Assembly (NCBI GenBank): GCA_051362555.1
Contig: CM120643.1
Location: forward strand, 1,612,001-1,676,000
Direction: 5' to 3'
Source: Lingula anatina
Taxonomy: Eukaryota > Animalia > Brachiopoda
Length of the DNA: 64,000 nucleotides
Part shown: positions 23,275 through 38,015 of the stretch, in pieces
How positions within the stretch are numbered: the first letter of the stretch is position 1
Layout of the letters: the number at the start of each line of letters is the position of its first letter
Program-made: the position numbers and the translations under genes
The notes under the pieces: generated by a model
Database searches by the model: none
What the model saw: only the letters and a program-made list of their open reading frames with translations
What the model was told of the DNA's origin: nothing

Positions 23275-26200
23275 GAGTCTGTATTTAATTAAAGTACCCT
23301 CACTGAAACACGTTAGATAACATGAAACCACAAAAATATATTTACTAAAACAAATTGTCCATAAAAAAAACCCTGTCTTCTGTAAGAATATATGGATAAA
23401 TATCACTCAAACTGAAAAGTCAATCTAATGACATAGTAAACAAATTTTTTCAAATGTAGAACCACAAATATAGCTAACTAAAACAATTTTTTGATAAACA
23501 GACACACGAGTAAATAACTTTAATTAAGTTAAATAAGATAAAATATATTTATGTTAATCTCCATTTTGCCTGCATACTTATAAATCATCAGACAAACATC
23601 ATTCTTCCTGGAGACAGTATGCTGACAGAGGACACTGCAACACTGTCATCTATCGTTACCCTACATGTATATGATGCACTAGTAAGGAGTTTAAATGGTG
23701 GATTTTCGTGGTGAGGTTATTCCATGTTCAGTATGTGCATGTATTTGTGCATTACACCATGCAACTCAGAGAAACAAGGCAAGCATATATTACTTGTTTT
23801 AGAAAATATACATACAGTTAAAGCACAATTTATTACATCCTTATGTATTATGGTGTAATATTGGCCGCAAATCCAATTGTGTCAGCTTGCTGAATTATTT
23901 ATGGAAAGTTGCTACAGTCTGATGCTCAGCAGTTCTGTAAAAATATTGTTGTACTGGCGAATCCATTTAAGAAAATAGTTTGATATGTTGCACTTCTCAT
24001 CTGAACGTCAGGTGAAACGTTTAAGGAATTTACCACGAGAAGACAGTCAATATTTGACAAACTGTCACCTGCTTCACAGATATTATACATGATACAATAT
24101 AAAGGCAGCGCTTTACAATATTACACCAGCACGTAGCTGAAGATACATTTCTCATTGACCGCAAATAGGTTAACCCAGTAACGGGTTGCTCATATGGCAT
24201 AATACGACTCTGATCTGTTCTATTTCACCTGTATTTGTATTCTGTACCTACAATATAACGGGGAGTTATTTGCAATTAGAGAGGAAATATTCACCAAAAG
24301 GAATCTGCTCAATGGCCACGAGGGTAAGCACGAGGCAGAGTAAATATGTCGTGACCTGAAAAGACGTAGATTTGTGGTTCTGTATGATAAAAGCCAAGTA
24401 CTGTCATTAAGTGATGGCGATGAAGAAAAATGTGAAAACCAAGTTGGTGAAAACCGATGTAGAAAGACTAAGCAGAAACACGTTCATTTGGCCTCATTTT
24501 AACATTTTTTTTAAATTTTGATAACCAATCTTAGATGATAGAAATGTCAGACTGAGCCTAGAGAGATCCAACATCTAAAGTTATGACTGTCCAAGATAAT
24601 ACCGATGTTAACAGATAATTTAATCTTGAAATTAGATAGCGTACATGACGCCGGTTTAATTATTTATACACTGATATATTTATGTTCAAAGATTATGGAC
24701 AAATAGAAGCTGTCCCACCCATCCACATCATTATAGATATGCGAGGTCATTGCTTTTTTCATCATATTGTACCTCTCCTCATATCAACAATCTTCAGATG
24801 AAAGAGAATACATTGCTGAAACCAGCGATAGCAACACATGCTCTATGAAAATATGTATTGATGCATAACGTGGAGACTAATAGAATGGGTGTAAGCTGCT
24901 GCTGCTACTGCTACTACTCCTACTACTATCCACAACCAAGTGGTCGTAATTGCACTATGTTGATTTTCTCCTATTATTTTCACTTTTGTAAATATTCCGC
25001 AGGGTGAAAGCTAGCCGAAGTTAAGAAATGAACACGTTCAGGTATGCCTTCGTAGCATTGATTGAAAAAAAACACATCTGTGTAATTTTTATATTCTAAT
25101 TAAGTTTAAATCTTTCTGATTACATGTATGTGTGTGTCTTAAAAATGCTTCAGTATCAGTCTATAAGTGAGAAAAGACTGGCCCGACCCTCACCAGCTCT
25201 GAACTAGTGTTTGCCAGGGGTAGGGGGTAAAGGGTATCAGGAATGAAAGTCTATTTTTCTCTAATGTCCTACATGAGATGACGAAAATGACCTAAAATCT
25301 GCTAAATTGTTACATTCAGTATATGCAAAAGAGTGAGAGGTATCTTCTAAAATGTGACACAATTATTGTTACTTGATGTATTTTAAGTAATATTTGATAC
25401 TTACCCCTTCCCGGAATATCGTAAAAAGAAGGTGTGTCAATATAATAGTGCGATTAACTTATCCCCCCAAATCAGGAAAATAATACTGCATTCACACGTG
25501 CAGTCTATTTGGAGAATCTACGAAGTGGACAAAACCACAGTTTTCATCCCAACTCACGAGCAACGTTAACGTTCAAATACAAGAGCTGTCTCTCCAGTAC
25601 AGGTAAATTTCTCCCTAACCACAAATAGGTTAACGCGGTAACACATAACTTATATGGCTTGATTAGATACATGGTACTAATATTCTGTATTTAAAATACT
25701 GTAACTTACAACAGATTGTCATTCAATACAATAATTTAAGAATATTTATTTTTTGTTACATGACTACGAAGGAGGGGTAGGGCCTAACAATTTTGATGTA
25801 TTCTGTATACATGTAAATTGGATCTTATTTTATAATAATAGGGCAACGTTGTAATTTTAATTGTATTTGATCAATTGTATTTGGATTGTGCAAATCAAGA
25901 AGAGGAAGACAAACAGAGAAAGACTGACAAAGGAACCTTAATGCTCATTTTGAAATGCTAAGTATAAAAAATCAATATTTCTGGTGTATTTATGGTCCCA
26001 TCGTATACTAAAATATCATTTTACTTTTAAATCACTTAAAAGTTTTAAAGATTTAAAAGTTGATTTTCCACAAATGCAGAGTTCCCTTTGACACTTAAGA
26101 TACATTTAATCTCTAATTTGATAGAACACAGTAAAATTGATTTAATGATTTAGCCTTTGAGGGTTTTATGTTCAACGTTTACCACAAATGGGGTTTTACT

Positions 26201-26385
26201 GGCTCACTTCAATAAATATGCGACGTCTTTGCTATTACCATCATATTTTACCTCAGCTCCTAAACACTAATTAAAATCTTCAGATGAAGCGGAATACACT
26301 AAAAAAAGAAAAGGAAACATTTGGTCATTGAAAGTAGATTTTGCTACCCGTGAATCATTATGGAGTGACCGAAGGATGGGGATTA

Positions 26386-26866
26386 CAGGTGTACCATGAA
26401 AATCTGACTCCCCCCCCATGAAAATTTGACTCCCCCTCCACAAAACTTCATAAATCTTATTTTAATTTGAGTATATGACTGTGATCTTGTAGTATATAAA
26501 ATGGAGGATACATTGGCACTTTTTTGTAGTTTGCAGGTGAAGTTTTTCATGAAAAAATAAGAAAATTAAAAATGTGCACATAATGAAAATCTGACTCCCC
26601 CATGAAAATTTGACTCCCCCTCCACAAAACTTCATAAATCTTATTTTATTTTGAGTATATGACTGTGATCTTGTAGTATGTAAAATGGAGGACATATCAG
26701 CACATTTTTTGTAGTTTGCAGGTGAAAATTTTCATGAAAATTAATAATGTGCACTTAACCGCCCATTGCCTCCCCTATGAAAAAGCTATCTATTTCATAT
26801 TTGATAATCATTTCAACACCATCCTAAACTTTTACTACATGAAGATGGTAAAATATTGGGTGGAAA

Positions 26867-26920
<54 letters not shown>

Positions 26921-28391
26921 ATGAAAAATAAGAAAATTAAAAATGTGCATTTTATCACCCAATGACTCCCCAATGAAAAAGCTATCTATCTAATATTTGA
27001 TCATCATTTCAACACCTTTCCTTTTAGGATACTTTATGAAAAATATATTCTGATATGACACATAACAATTTTCATTTTCATATAGCTTAGTGTACAAAGT
27101 TATCATTATTTATATACAATGAAAACTTTGTGGAAAATAGTGATATAATGACTGAATATAAAATAACTGTCCTTTTCATGGGTGTAAAAATAAATATTAT
27201 ACTGAATTTCTCACTATTTTTAAATTTCGAACACTTTTTGCAAAACTTTTTACCCACAAAAATTTTAATACTTCCAAATATGTTCTCCATAAAGAAAACT
27301 AAAAAGTAAAAACATTTAAATGTGTGCTAAATATGAAATAAGTGCTTTTAACTAGATGAGTCAAAATCCAACGGGTACAAGAATGCAAATTTATTATCCA
27401 TTTAAAATCATCAATCCCTATTTTTCATTCAGCTTTGGGAAAAAATGGGAAAAACAACAGCAAATATAAAATGGGGCCTTTTCCTAATTGGAACCTATAG
27501 GAGTCCAAATCCCATGCATATGAAAATGAAGATTTTCATAATTTTTTTCATTTATTTTCACCCAGTATTTTTCAATAAAACTTTTAAATATTTCCAATAA
27601 TTTTTTTCATAAAGTATCCTAAAAGAAAAGCTGTCAGAATGATCAAATATCAAATAAATAGCTTTTTCTTAGGGGAGTCATTGGGTGTTAGAATACAAAT
27701 CCTTAATTTTTTCTTATTTTCATGTGTTTTTTTTTTTTTTTTTTTTTTTTATTATTATTTTTTTTTTCACTCAGTTTTTTAACCATCACACTTTCAAGTA
27801 CTTTCAATAAATTCTTCATAAAGTATCCTCAAAGAAAAGCTGTCAGAATGATCATGAAATATCAAATAAATAGCTTTTTCATAGGGGAGTCATTGGGTGT
27901 TAGAATATATATTTTTAATTTTTATTTTTAATGTGTTTTTTTACTCACCCAATTTTTTACCATCAAACTTTCATGTACTTCCAATATGATCTTCATAAAG
28001 TATCCTTAAGGGAAAGATGTTGAAATGGTCATCAAGTGCCAATGTATCCTCCATTTTACATACTACAAGATCACAGTCATATACTCAAAATAAAATAAGA
28101 TTTATGAAGTTTTGTGGAGGGGGAGTCAATTTTTCACGGGGAAACCAGATTTTCATTATGTGCACATTTTTAATAACCTTTTCTTTTTTTTCATGAAAAT
28201 TTTCACCTGCAAACTACAAAAAAGTTCAATGTATCCTCCATTATGCATACTATAAGATCAAAGTCATTTACTCAAATAAAATGATATTAATGAATGTTTT
28301 ATTTTAGGGGGGGGGAGTCACATTTTCATAATGAAAATCTGACTGGGAGTCACATTTTAGTCATTTGAGTCAGATTTTCATGGTACACCTG
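26386..28391. mobile_element. ~2-kb foldback (long imperfect inverted repeat) non-autonomous DNA transposon inserted at TA
   Basis: Ends CAGGTGTACCATGAAAATCTGACTC / GAGTCAGATTTTCATGGTACACCTG, both flanked by TA; arms complementary for hundreds of bp; internal ~170-bp tandem sub-repeats; empty site at ~48880. Confidence 0.88.
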
Positions 28392-28529
28392 TACGAGACA
28401 AATAAACTAGCAACGCGCGTCTTTGTATAGCTAGCACAAAACCGTGAAACAGCTTAAACAAGCATGGAATTGGTCAGAATTCTAAACAAAAAGGCCCGAT
28501 TAAGAATAAAATAGAAATTAAAAAAATCT

Positions 28530-28626
28530 TGAAGCCGAAAAACTTTCATACCGTTGGCTTACGACCAACATGGACGTAGGCCCTCATCAGACAGATGTGA
28601 GAAGATGTTTCTCACTGACCGCTAGG
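28530..28626 (-). mobile_element. Short 3'-end fragment of a related Penelope-like element with the same hammerhead-like motif
   Basis: Reverse complement reads CTAGCGGTCAGTGA (same as the ORF end at 16067-16080)...CTGATGAGGGCC...GGTCGTAAGCCAACGGTA. Confidence 0.75.
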
Positions 28627-28820
28627 GGGATCCAGGTTGGACTTTTATCTTAAAAGTTTTTGGGCTAGTGTTTGATATGGTTCATTTATTATGAAATTAT
28701 GAAGTTGCAGAAACTCAGCCTGAGGATACAAATGGTGCAATGGTGCAATTTGGTACGGTTTAGAACTAAGATTCACCCAGTCATGTCATTATGATTTTAA
28801 GAGAGGATCATTGTTTTTTT

Positions 28821-28866
<46 letters not shown>

Positions 28867-28922
28867 CTTTAGAAATCAAAGGGGGTCAGGACCCCCCTTG
28901 ACCCGCTCTAAATCTGCCACTG
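28624..28922. mobile_element. MITE related to 2361-2732 (inverted)
   Basis: Ends in AAATCTGCCACTG; shared internal sequence. Confidence 0.6.
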
Positions 28923-30433
28923 CATTAGATAAATAAACTTCTCTTCTCTTAGTAACATTACAGTTGTTTCCCAAAAAGGACCAAACGACTTAGAAAAACT
29001 TTTTACTGCCCACACACGTACCAGTGAACTGTGCCTATTCATGAACCTTCAACTTTCAAAAGACTGAAGAACAATATCTTTTATTCTTACTATTTTTTAA
29101 ATATTTATTTCAAAGGTTACTTAAATCTAATTCCATTTTAATACTTTATCTCTATATTTCATATACACATTCAAAAATATTACTTCCTCTTAATCGTTCT
29201 TATCTATGAAATGTGATAAAATTTATAGCGTAAATAGGAAAATGTCTAAGCATATAACTCTAACTGAACATATGAATGATAAGATGTCGCGCATGTACAG
29301 TGTGGAATATACATGGGCGTAATAAGATTGAAAAATTAAGACTTACTTTACCTAACCACACAAAAATTTCTGCTTAAGACGGCTGAAACCCGCATTAATT
29401 AAGCTAGAATGTCTTCAAAAATACTAAATATTTCAAACATTAGGTAAAATCACTGATCAAGAATGCATTTCCGTGTTCTTTGTGGTTTAATTAAGAAAGG
29501 CTTCTCGATTTTAGTGGATGGATCGAAGATTTTCTGAAATCTCCTGAGGGGGGGGGGGGAGGGGGATAGCAACAAGACATCAATACTGAAGGATTGTTGA
29601 TGTTGATCGTTGATGTGAGTGGACGGGGACAAAAAAAAACCCTTGGTTTTTATGGTCCCCTCGTATGATTATTTTTGTCTGAATTCTGGGTTGACATTCA
29701 GTTTGCGAATTATAACTCACTGAGCAACATACTTGTAATGTTGTGAGGCAATAAAACTGGTTGACTGAGAAAGAAAAGACGGGAGAATTGGTCTGCTCAA
29801 AGGCATTACTTAAGCATAACATGGCGCTGACTGGCAGATTCGAGCACCACTATAACATAAAGCAATTTCGCCCATATCTTAATATTCTGCTCTACATTGG
29901 GGTCACAGTTTACAAAGTTTTTCTAATGATCTGAAGTTTCTTTAATGTCTAGAATATATAGTTTTGTGGTAGATAAGCAATTTACAACTACAATGTTTTA
30001 AAATGAAACATTTGAACTAGATTCAGGCCCGTAGCTAGCAGTTTCAAAAGGGTGGGTCCTTTTTACTGGAACCATCGTGCACCTTGAAAACAATTTATGC
30101 AGAACGGACCTTATCCAGGCATAAAGGGCATTTTTTCGAACCTCCAACCCGCCCAGGTTTCGGGCCTGAGATTATTTAACTGTCAGCGTAGAAGATCTCA
30201 CCTGCAGCAAAATGACAAAGACCACCATAGCATGCGTTGAAATTCACTGTAAAAACTGAATAAGAGAGATATTAAATGGACCTTGAGATTCTTCTCTCTC
30301 TCTCTCTCTTAGTTATTTTTATTTGTAAAACCCACAACTCATCTGCATTAACCTACACACCTTAATAGAACGAGCATGCGCACTCTCAGTTTGTCAACGT
30401 GGAGAATTGCTACGTGCCCATCTTTAAAAGTTG

Positions 30434-30439
30434 TATAAA
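30434..30439 (+). promoter_or_regulatory. Putative TATA box of copy 2
   Basis: TATAAA ~90 bp upstream of ATG, followed by GCAGTT ~30 bp later. Confidence 0.6.
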
Positions 30440-30527
30440 TAAGAAGAAAGGGACAAAGAGCGTCGCAGTTGCCATTTCTTCTCGCAGTCTGCAACGCATT
30501 CGACAAGAAAAGAGTATTCTCTTGAAG

Positions 30528-30714
30528 ATGACAAGACAAACAGGCGTGGCCGTGCTTCTGATCATCGCTTTGACGACGGTGACATCCGTTACTGGCGCTG
30601 GTCCCATCCCTCTTACTCCGGAGGAAGAGGCGCAAAGAGACGCTGCTGCGGCTGATATGGCTACCCTTCCAATGGAGCATCAAATGCTACCTGGACTGCC
30701 CCCTGGTCCAATAC
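30528..30714 (+). CDS. Secreted single-VWD protein, copy 2, coding exon 1; spliced CDS 30528-30714,38016-38287,39735-40103 = about 275 aa
   Basis: ATG 30528; signal peptide MTRQTGVAVLLIIALTTVTSVTG; C|GTAAGT phase-1 donor at 30715. Confidence 0.88.
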
Positions 30715-31977
30715 GTAAGTTTCATTTTTTCACTACAATTGCAAAAGTGACCGAATAGGAAAACGAAGATTAATCGTTGATGACCTTAATTTAGTTGTTG
30801 GTAAGAATGTTATTCTGCTGCAGCTTTCAAGTAATTTGAATAACTAACGCTACCGTATTACAGAGATTATATTATCAAGTGTTATACTTTCAAGTATTTG
30901 GTTGAGATTTTAAGTTCTCAAAAGTGTGTTTTACTTAAATTATTAAATCTGTATTTTTTGTAACGAAACATATCCAACATGTTGCCTATAATTTATATTT
31001 AAAGAAAGAAAGAAAGTTAGTCAAAGATAAAATTCTTCAGGAAATCATGACTGTGTACATCAAATGTTTTTTTTTTTTTTTTAGAAACATGACCAATGTT
31101 ATCTTTTTGCTGTATTACTTAGTTTAATAATATTTCGTGTAAAATTTGACAGATATTACATAAATTGAGAATTTCAGCTCACACATTAATGAAAGAAAAC
31201 GGTAGACAGTAATATACATCGAAATATGAGACATTGCAAAATTAATGTACTGTAGCACAGGTGAATTTTAGGTCATTTTATTCTATATTGACATGTCCTT
31301 GTTATTCCGATTTAAGAAAACCGTACATAAAGTGTTACCTGCACTATTAGATGACACCTTCAGTATACAAATTTGCAGAATTGTCGTCTTCAAGCAATGA
31401 TAAAGAAACTAGAAATCTAGGTAGACTGCGATTTCTCACACTTCTTCACAAGGAGGAGTTAGTGAAAGGGGCCAGCAGAGGGCTAGATGGTACTGTATGA
31501 CAAATAAGATGACTAGTTTGAAAGTTATTGGGTTTACTACTTTCGAACAGCTGTTCAAATCGTGTATCATGCCTATCATGCCTATGGGGGTTTTGGTCAC
31601 CTCCGGCTATATTGAAAATATACAATTACGAGCCGTTGGGTTTTATATTGGAGTACACAGATTTACACCAATATTAGCACTTTACGGTGATGGCGGTTGG
31701 ATGCTACTAGTTTACATTCAATGAATGTTCATAATTAGATACTGGAATAATATTAATAGCCAATTAATAGCCATGGATAACAATAGACTTGCCAAGAGAT
31801 TGTTTGAGTACTTAGAGCTGACACATGGGGAAATGATCCAATTATACAAGGTGTTATGGAAAAAACAATATCTGGAAAAGCCAACGCTAGGAACATATAC
31901 GCTTTTCAAAAAAAAAAAACCTTCAGTTGTGAGTGATATGTTAGGCTGTCTATGGGTAAGATCAGTACTGTGCCAAT

Positions 31978-31980
<3 letters not shown>

Positions 31981-32027
<47 letters not shown>

Positions 32028-35000
32028 TTATTCGAGCATTAAATGTGACAGTTACATTTGTTAGCCCTCTATACTACAAATAGATAAATAAATGAATAGA
32101 TAGTTACATATCAATATGGATTACTACTTATACAGTGTTTTAAAAGTACTTATTACAATTGTAAATAGTTCAATACACTGGGAGAACACACATTTTACTT
32201 TTATAGGCTTATAGCTATATGTATCTAATGTGCCATGCTTTTGGTACATATAATATAGCAGGAAGAGGCTACTTCAGTGTGGCGGATGCTCATTTCTTTT
32301 TGAAATTGCCCTCTGGATGTATTTACCAACAGCGTGCAATTCTTTCTCATTTTCTGGGCTTAATATGATTTTAACCTTCTCGTCACTGCTTGCTAGGTGA
32401 TGTATGTCACATTTAGGGAATAGTTTTAACATGCCCTCCCTCTCTTTTACATGGTGTCTACATTCCAGAAGGAAATGCACTTCATCCTCGATTGCAGGAC
32501 AGTGGGGACATAATCTTTCTTCGCGTGGTGTTTTAGGTCTGGTGTAGCGTCCTCTTTCCATTTCCAGATTATGATCACTGACTCTAATTTTAGCCACTTC
32601 CCTTTTTAATGACTGAGGGGCATTAGTCAGCAGGTACTTTTCAATTTTGTAGGACTTTTTTATGAGACTATAAGTTTTTTTTAACTTGGTGCTTTGTGGA
32701 TCAGTTAACTCTTCCCATAACGTTTTTTCAATTTTAGCATTGATTTCTTCTTCAATATTGCAATATGTATGGATTTGCTGAACCCCTGGAACATTTCCAC
32801 CGTGAAGATCCTAAGTTGTTAACATAGCATTAATCGAGCCTGTGCTTGCTCAAAAGGCATTTGGTTAATTTTGTTTAGGGTCATTTTCTTTTCTTTGAAT
32901 ATTTCTTAGGCCAAAACTTCACAGCCATAAAGGAGTTTTGGCCTTACCACTTTGTCAAACAGTTTTAAATTTGGAGAGGTGAGGATAAGTTTTGTGACGA
33001 AAGTGTACCTTTCAATAAGAACATTGCTTTCATTGCTTTCAATTTTAGATTTACTATTGCTTTTTTCATTGATCCAGTGTCAGTAAAGGTAATACCAAGG
33101 TACGAATTCCCCCCCAATGCCCAGCTTGAGTAGTTTGAGGAAGAGTCCTTTATGCCACACTGTGTCGAAGGCCTTTTCAAAATCAATAAAACATGCATGC
33201 ACATTTTTGTTCTTGCTTATGCTTCTGTTGATTAGTGACTTGAGAGGGTAAATGTGTAAATGGTTCTGTACCCCGGTCGAAAGCCAGCTTGTTCTTGGCT
33301 CAATTTGTCTTCAGCTTCAATATGCTTGCTTAATCTTGTAGCTAATATAACATTAAAGAGTTTCCCCATACAACTGGTTATGCATATTCCTCTGTAGTTA
33401 GAGGGGTTGTTGCATTCCCCGGACTTGTATATTGGGATTATTATTCCCAGTTCCATGTTTCGGGAATTTCAGTACTTTCCAAAACTAAGTTGAAGAGCTT
33501 GGTGATGTCCCCTGTTAGGTACTCTTTACCTGCTTTCAACATCTCATTGGAGATCACATCTTCACCTGGTGCCTTTCCATTCTTAAGTTTCTTTATTGCA
33601 TTTTTCACTTCACTTATTGTGATGAGGTTATCGAGGATTTGCACCCCAGGTAGTGCCAGGTTCCTGCTGTGCGATCTCTTTGTCTATTTCATTGTCACCC
33701 GTGTGGGTGTCCCACAGAGGTGTTGGAAATGTTGAAACCAGGCTTCTGCACTTATAAAGTTCCCACTTTTTTCAGTTTCTTTAAGGCTTTTCAGGGTCTG
33801 CCAAAAAGCTTTTGGGTTTTTCTTTTCAATACTGAGCATTTTTTCCAACAGTGCATCTTTGTATTCCTGTTTCTTTTGTTTTATCAATTGCTTGTACTTT
33901 TTGGTTGCTATATGATATATGTTTGTGATATAAATTGATTTTGTGGGTCTTTCTGTAATTGTTTTCCAAGCTGTTTAATATTTCTTCTGATTTCTGTGCT
34001 AGTTTTATCAAACCATGGATGTTGTTTAATCCTTTTGTTCTTTCTTCTACTTTTTTGCATACGCTTCTTTTTTCTAAGAGCGTTATTTGCCGCATTTTCT
34101 ATAACCGATGCCACTGCAGAGCATAACTCACTAACACCATTTTTTTAAAGCTGGGAATTTGGTATGCTGTACATCACTAAAAGTCGCCAGGCTCTCTTCA
34201 CTTTCTAGGGCACTTAGGAATTTTTCAGGGGAGTCCTTGTCCCACGCATACCTATCATTTAGGTTTTTCACTATTTTAGTGTTACCTTTCTCTTGATAAC
34301 CCACACAATTAATTGCAAGATCTATCAAGCAGTGATCTGACAGGTAATCTATGGGATGGACTGTGAAGAAACTAACCTTTCTGAGCATCCTGTCACTTAC
34401 AATTGCGTAGTCAACCGTGCTACACCCTTGATTGTTAAAACGTGAAGTATCCCAAGGAATCCCCCATTGTTCTTCCATTTACTATCCTAAGATTACTGCT
34501 AGCACACAATTCTAAGAGATTTCTACCTTGTGTATTGATGACTTTATCAAGGTTGCTTCTGTTTCTTATCTGACTGTCTGTGGCATAACTGTTAGGCACT
34601 GTTATCCCAAAATCATTATCGTTTTTGATGAGATCAGGGAGGACACCTGCACGGGCATTGAATCTCCCATGAGGCATAGGTAACCTTGCTGCTGATAGAA
34701 AGCTACTTCATTTTCAAAAATGTCAAGGGTGGCTTCATCGGCTCTGCCACTGTTTGGTTTCAAATAGACTGCACAGATAAAAATATCATTTTCGAGGCCA
34801 AATTCAGTGCCTGATAGCTTCAACCACAGCAGATTCTCAATTTTACTATTCAACAATGTCAGTGCACTGTTAAGTTCCTTTTTGTAGTATACTACAATTC
34901 CCCCGGAGGGTCTACCCTTCACTTTTCTTTTCTTTCTTAAGAAGTGGCTGTGAGTGCTTGTGGGCAGGGTTACTTTTGATCTCGTTGTAGTAAAGTTTCA

Positions 35001-35160
35001 ATGCATACAAATATATCGAAGTTTTGCATTGTTTGAATAAAGTTATCATCAGATAGCTTGTTTGACAGTCCTCTTACATTTCTCATACCTATACGTAGCA
35101 ATTTATTGTTTTGACTATTTGTGTACTCCTACTTAGATTCGTTTAATCACCAGGTGTTCA

Positions 35161-35209
<49 letters not shown>

Positions 35210-37128
35210 GCCTTTCATTTAAATGTATAAATAACTACTGAGTAAGAGCATAATAAATTAGTTGAATACCAAGATTATATAAATACATGTTGACACTATT
35301 CTTTATTCTGTAAAGGAGGTTTAGGAGGTTTTCCTTTCCTCATTGACAACAATATAATAAATTCTTTCCTGAGTAAGCTTCCTTTGGAGAGTTCTATAGA
35401 ATCATAGGGCAGATAATATATATCCTTAAAATGTTATTTGAGATAAAATACTTGTTTTCATTTGATCTTCAAAGTTTTAGTTCATTTCTAACTGTAATCA
35501 ATGTACCAAGTAAATAATATCTGTACTTACAAACTGCTTCGAGTTGCAATACCTCTTTTCATAATTAAACCCCTTGCTCTATTCCAATTTACTTATCAAT
35601 TTGTTCAGGGACTCGTACAGAGTTCTTAGTTCATTTTGGATGTCTTTTTCCTGGCTTCTGTATGCCGGAGCATCCTGTACACGACATTCTCTGCGCAGGT
35701 TTTCTGGGGTTGCGTTGTTTGGGCGGATCCTTTGACTCCCTTGAGGGCGCATGTTTGGACACCTCCCAAGATCCCATGTTAGGTGTTGGGCAGTTTGAGT
35801 ATCGTTTCGGGTATTTGCACTGGCGTAATATGGATGCCCAGTTTCAGCTTTAATATTACACGCCAGTACTGAACTTCCTTTTTGGTTTAGGTGTATTCCA
35901 TCCCTATGGAACATATTTCTTCTGCAGATTTTCTGTCATTCCATATGTAGCACACGTTTTCTAGGGTATCACAGAATTTACTAAAAGAATTGTTTGTTGT
36001 CACCGTTTTTGGTTGAGGTCCCAGCTGTCCCACCTGGGGAGTATACTGGAGATTATGATCTTGCTGTCCTTGTACTTCCTTCGTGTTGAAAGGACAAGTT
36101 CTTGCACATGGCACAGGATATCCTTTGGCTGTTCGTGGCTGTTTACGTTGTTGGAGCCCATGATAAACGTGATTGATATTGGTCGGCCAAAGTCTCTCTC
36201 TTCTACCAACTGTTGCGCATCCTTTAATACTTTGCCATTCAAAGCAACGCATTTATTATGGGTGCGTGGGAAAAGCTTTTGGCTTACCAGACATTTTCCA
36301 ATTGAATCTGAGATTACCACATGTTCACACGGTTTCTTTGCCTATACTCTAGTGTGCCTTTGAGTACCCGTACCTGTTGTCGTAGGTATCTCTGTGATGG
36401 AGCATCCTCATCTGCTCTATTGCATTTGTATTCTTCTGCTCATGGGGTATTGCTTCGTTTGTCTCTTTGCAGTTGTTCACAATGATAGTTTGCTCTCTGT
36501 CATTTTCACCTGTATGTGTGGGGATTACTGTGCCTTCAGTTTCACTAATTTCATCTGCAGCAGTGTCACTTGTCTCATTGTTTCTACTCCTGACATCTGT
36601 TTGTGGTAGTGTGGTGTTACGTAGCCTTTGTTTCCACAATTGCTTTGTTTGCACTACCTGTGCTGGTTTGAGGCGGTGGGGTAAGGGTGTTAACAGCCAT
36701 TGTTTTTTACAGTAACTGTGTTGGTGCTGGCTGCCACTAATCTGTAGGAAGGCTTTGCACACTGTGTTGAGCCATCAGTGATGTTTATCTTGCATTGAGT
36801 ACTATTATCTGTGGCTGCTGGAGGATCACACTGTATTCCCATTTCAATGCCCTTGTTGTTTAGAGAAGACAGCTGGCTATGTAGATTATCCACTGCTACT
36901 GTCAGCTTAAACATCTGAGAAGTTAATTGTTAATTCGTTGTTGCTAGATTTGGTTTCCTGCCTCTTGAGGTCTGATGTTTGTAAATTTGAGTGTACTGAT
37001 TTTCAACTGTTTGTAATGTCTCCTGTACTTTGTTCATGTCTTTTTCTATTCTCAGCGCCTTCAAATTTGGACCGGTCTTGGTTTTAAAACCCTTTGGTGT
37101 AGCTTGTGAGACTCTTTTTGATGCAGAT
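31981..37128 (-). mobile_element. Decayed near-full-length non-LTR retrotransposon (LINE; RTE-X or CR1-group-like) in intron 1 of copy 2, with esterase-type ORF1 and APE-RT ORF2, multiply frameshifted
   Basis: ORF1 fragments with SGNH blocks (VISDSIGK, GSNN, DGIHLNQKG); ORF2 fragments GRPSGG, STVDYAI, SDHC, KAPGED, NYRGI, QAGFR and C-terminal HNLEMERGRY...C-x2-C...EDEVHFLLEC; AATAAA+(TTA)n tail; likely TSD AATTTA (31975-31980 / 37129-37134); empty site in copies 1 and 3. Confidence 0.9.
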
Positions 37129-38015
37129 AATTTAGATGCAGATAACTGCCACTGAAGCTTCGTCCCGCCTTTTCAAATTGTGTGATAAGGAACATGGTTG
37201 AAGATGAGATTCATTTCGTGTTGGTATGTCCCCTATTCAAAGACATGCGATGTAAGTTTCTTGGAGACTTGGACTGTTATCACGATGACAGGGAAGAGTT
37301 ATCTAAAACACTAAGAGACTTATTTATAAATTAACCTAAAGGTATGGCAATTTATTTAAAGAACAGTTTGAGTTCAGCTCATGAGTTGAGTGTACCATAA
37401 GTTATAGTGTTTACTTAGTTATAATCTTCAACCTTAATCATAGCTTTTTTGTTTTGTTTTGTTTTGTTTTGTTTTGTTTCTAATATATGTACAAAGTTCG
37501 GTGACCTGTAGGCCCACGAATCCGGGTGATTTGTATATCTCTATCACATGTCATGTTAATAAATAAATATCATTACTATTCCAAACAACACATTCGGATT
37601 GGGTATTTATCCCAGATTTATCTTGTGACTCTGTAAGGTTGAGTAACAGGAAAACTAAGTGAAGAACTGGGTAGGTGTAATATTCCTCTTTCCAATCCTC
37701 TTAAATCTGTTAAATGCTAGCAAGGGTGGATCCGGGTAGATCTTCTGCCAATTACAGCTTTTTTTGTAATATCTTTTTTAATACCGTTTTTAGTGAACGT
37801 GAATATGTGTCGCTGTTTTTACATCACTTTTTATACCATCAGTTACAAAGATTTTTAATAAAAAAGTTTACTTCTTTTCAAATTCCTCATTTGATGTATT
37901 GTTTCTTGCGAATCAATGAGATCATTTAATAATGACGGTGGACATTTTATGGAGGTACTGGAACGTATCCAAATTAGTGTTCCTTTATCATTCAACTTGC
38001 CACTGTTCATTTCAG

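Noticed and set aside
22879-23406. 175-aa ORF with poly-N/Y/V, and similar ORFs at 779, 26716, 38557 and 48006
   Set aside because: Translations of microsatellites and homopolymers
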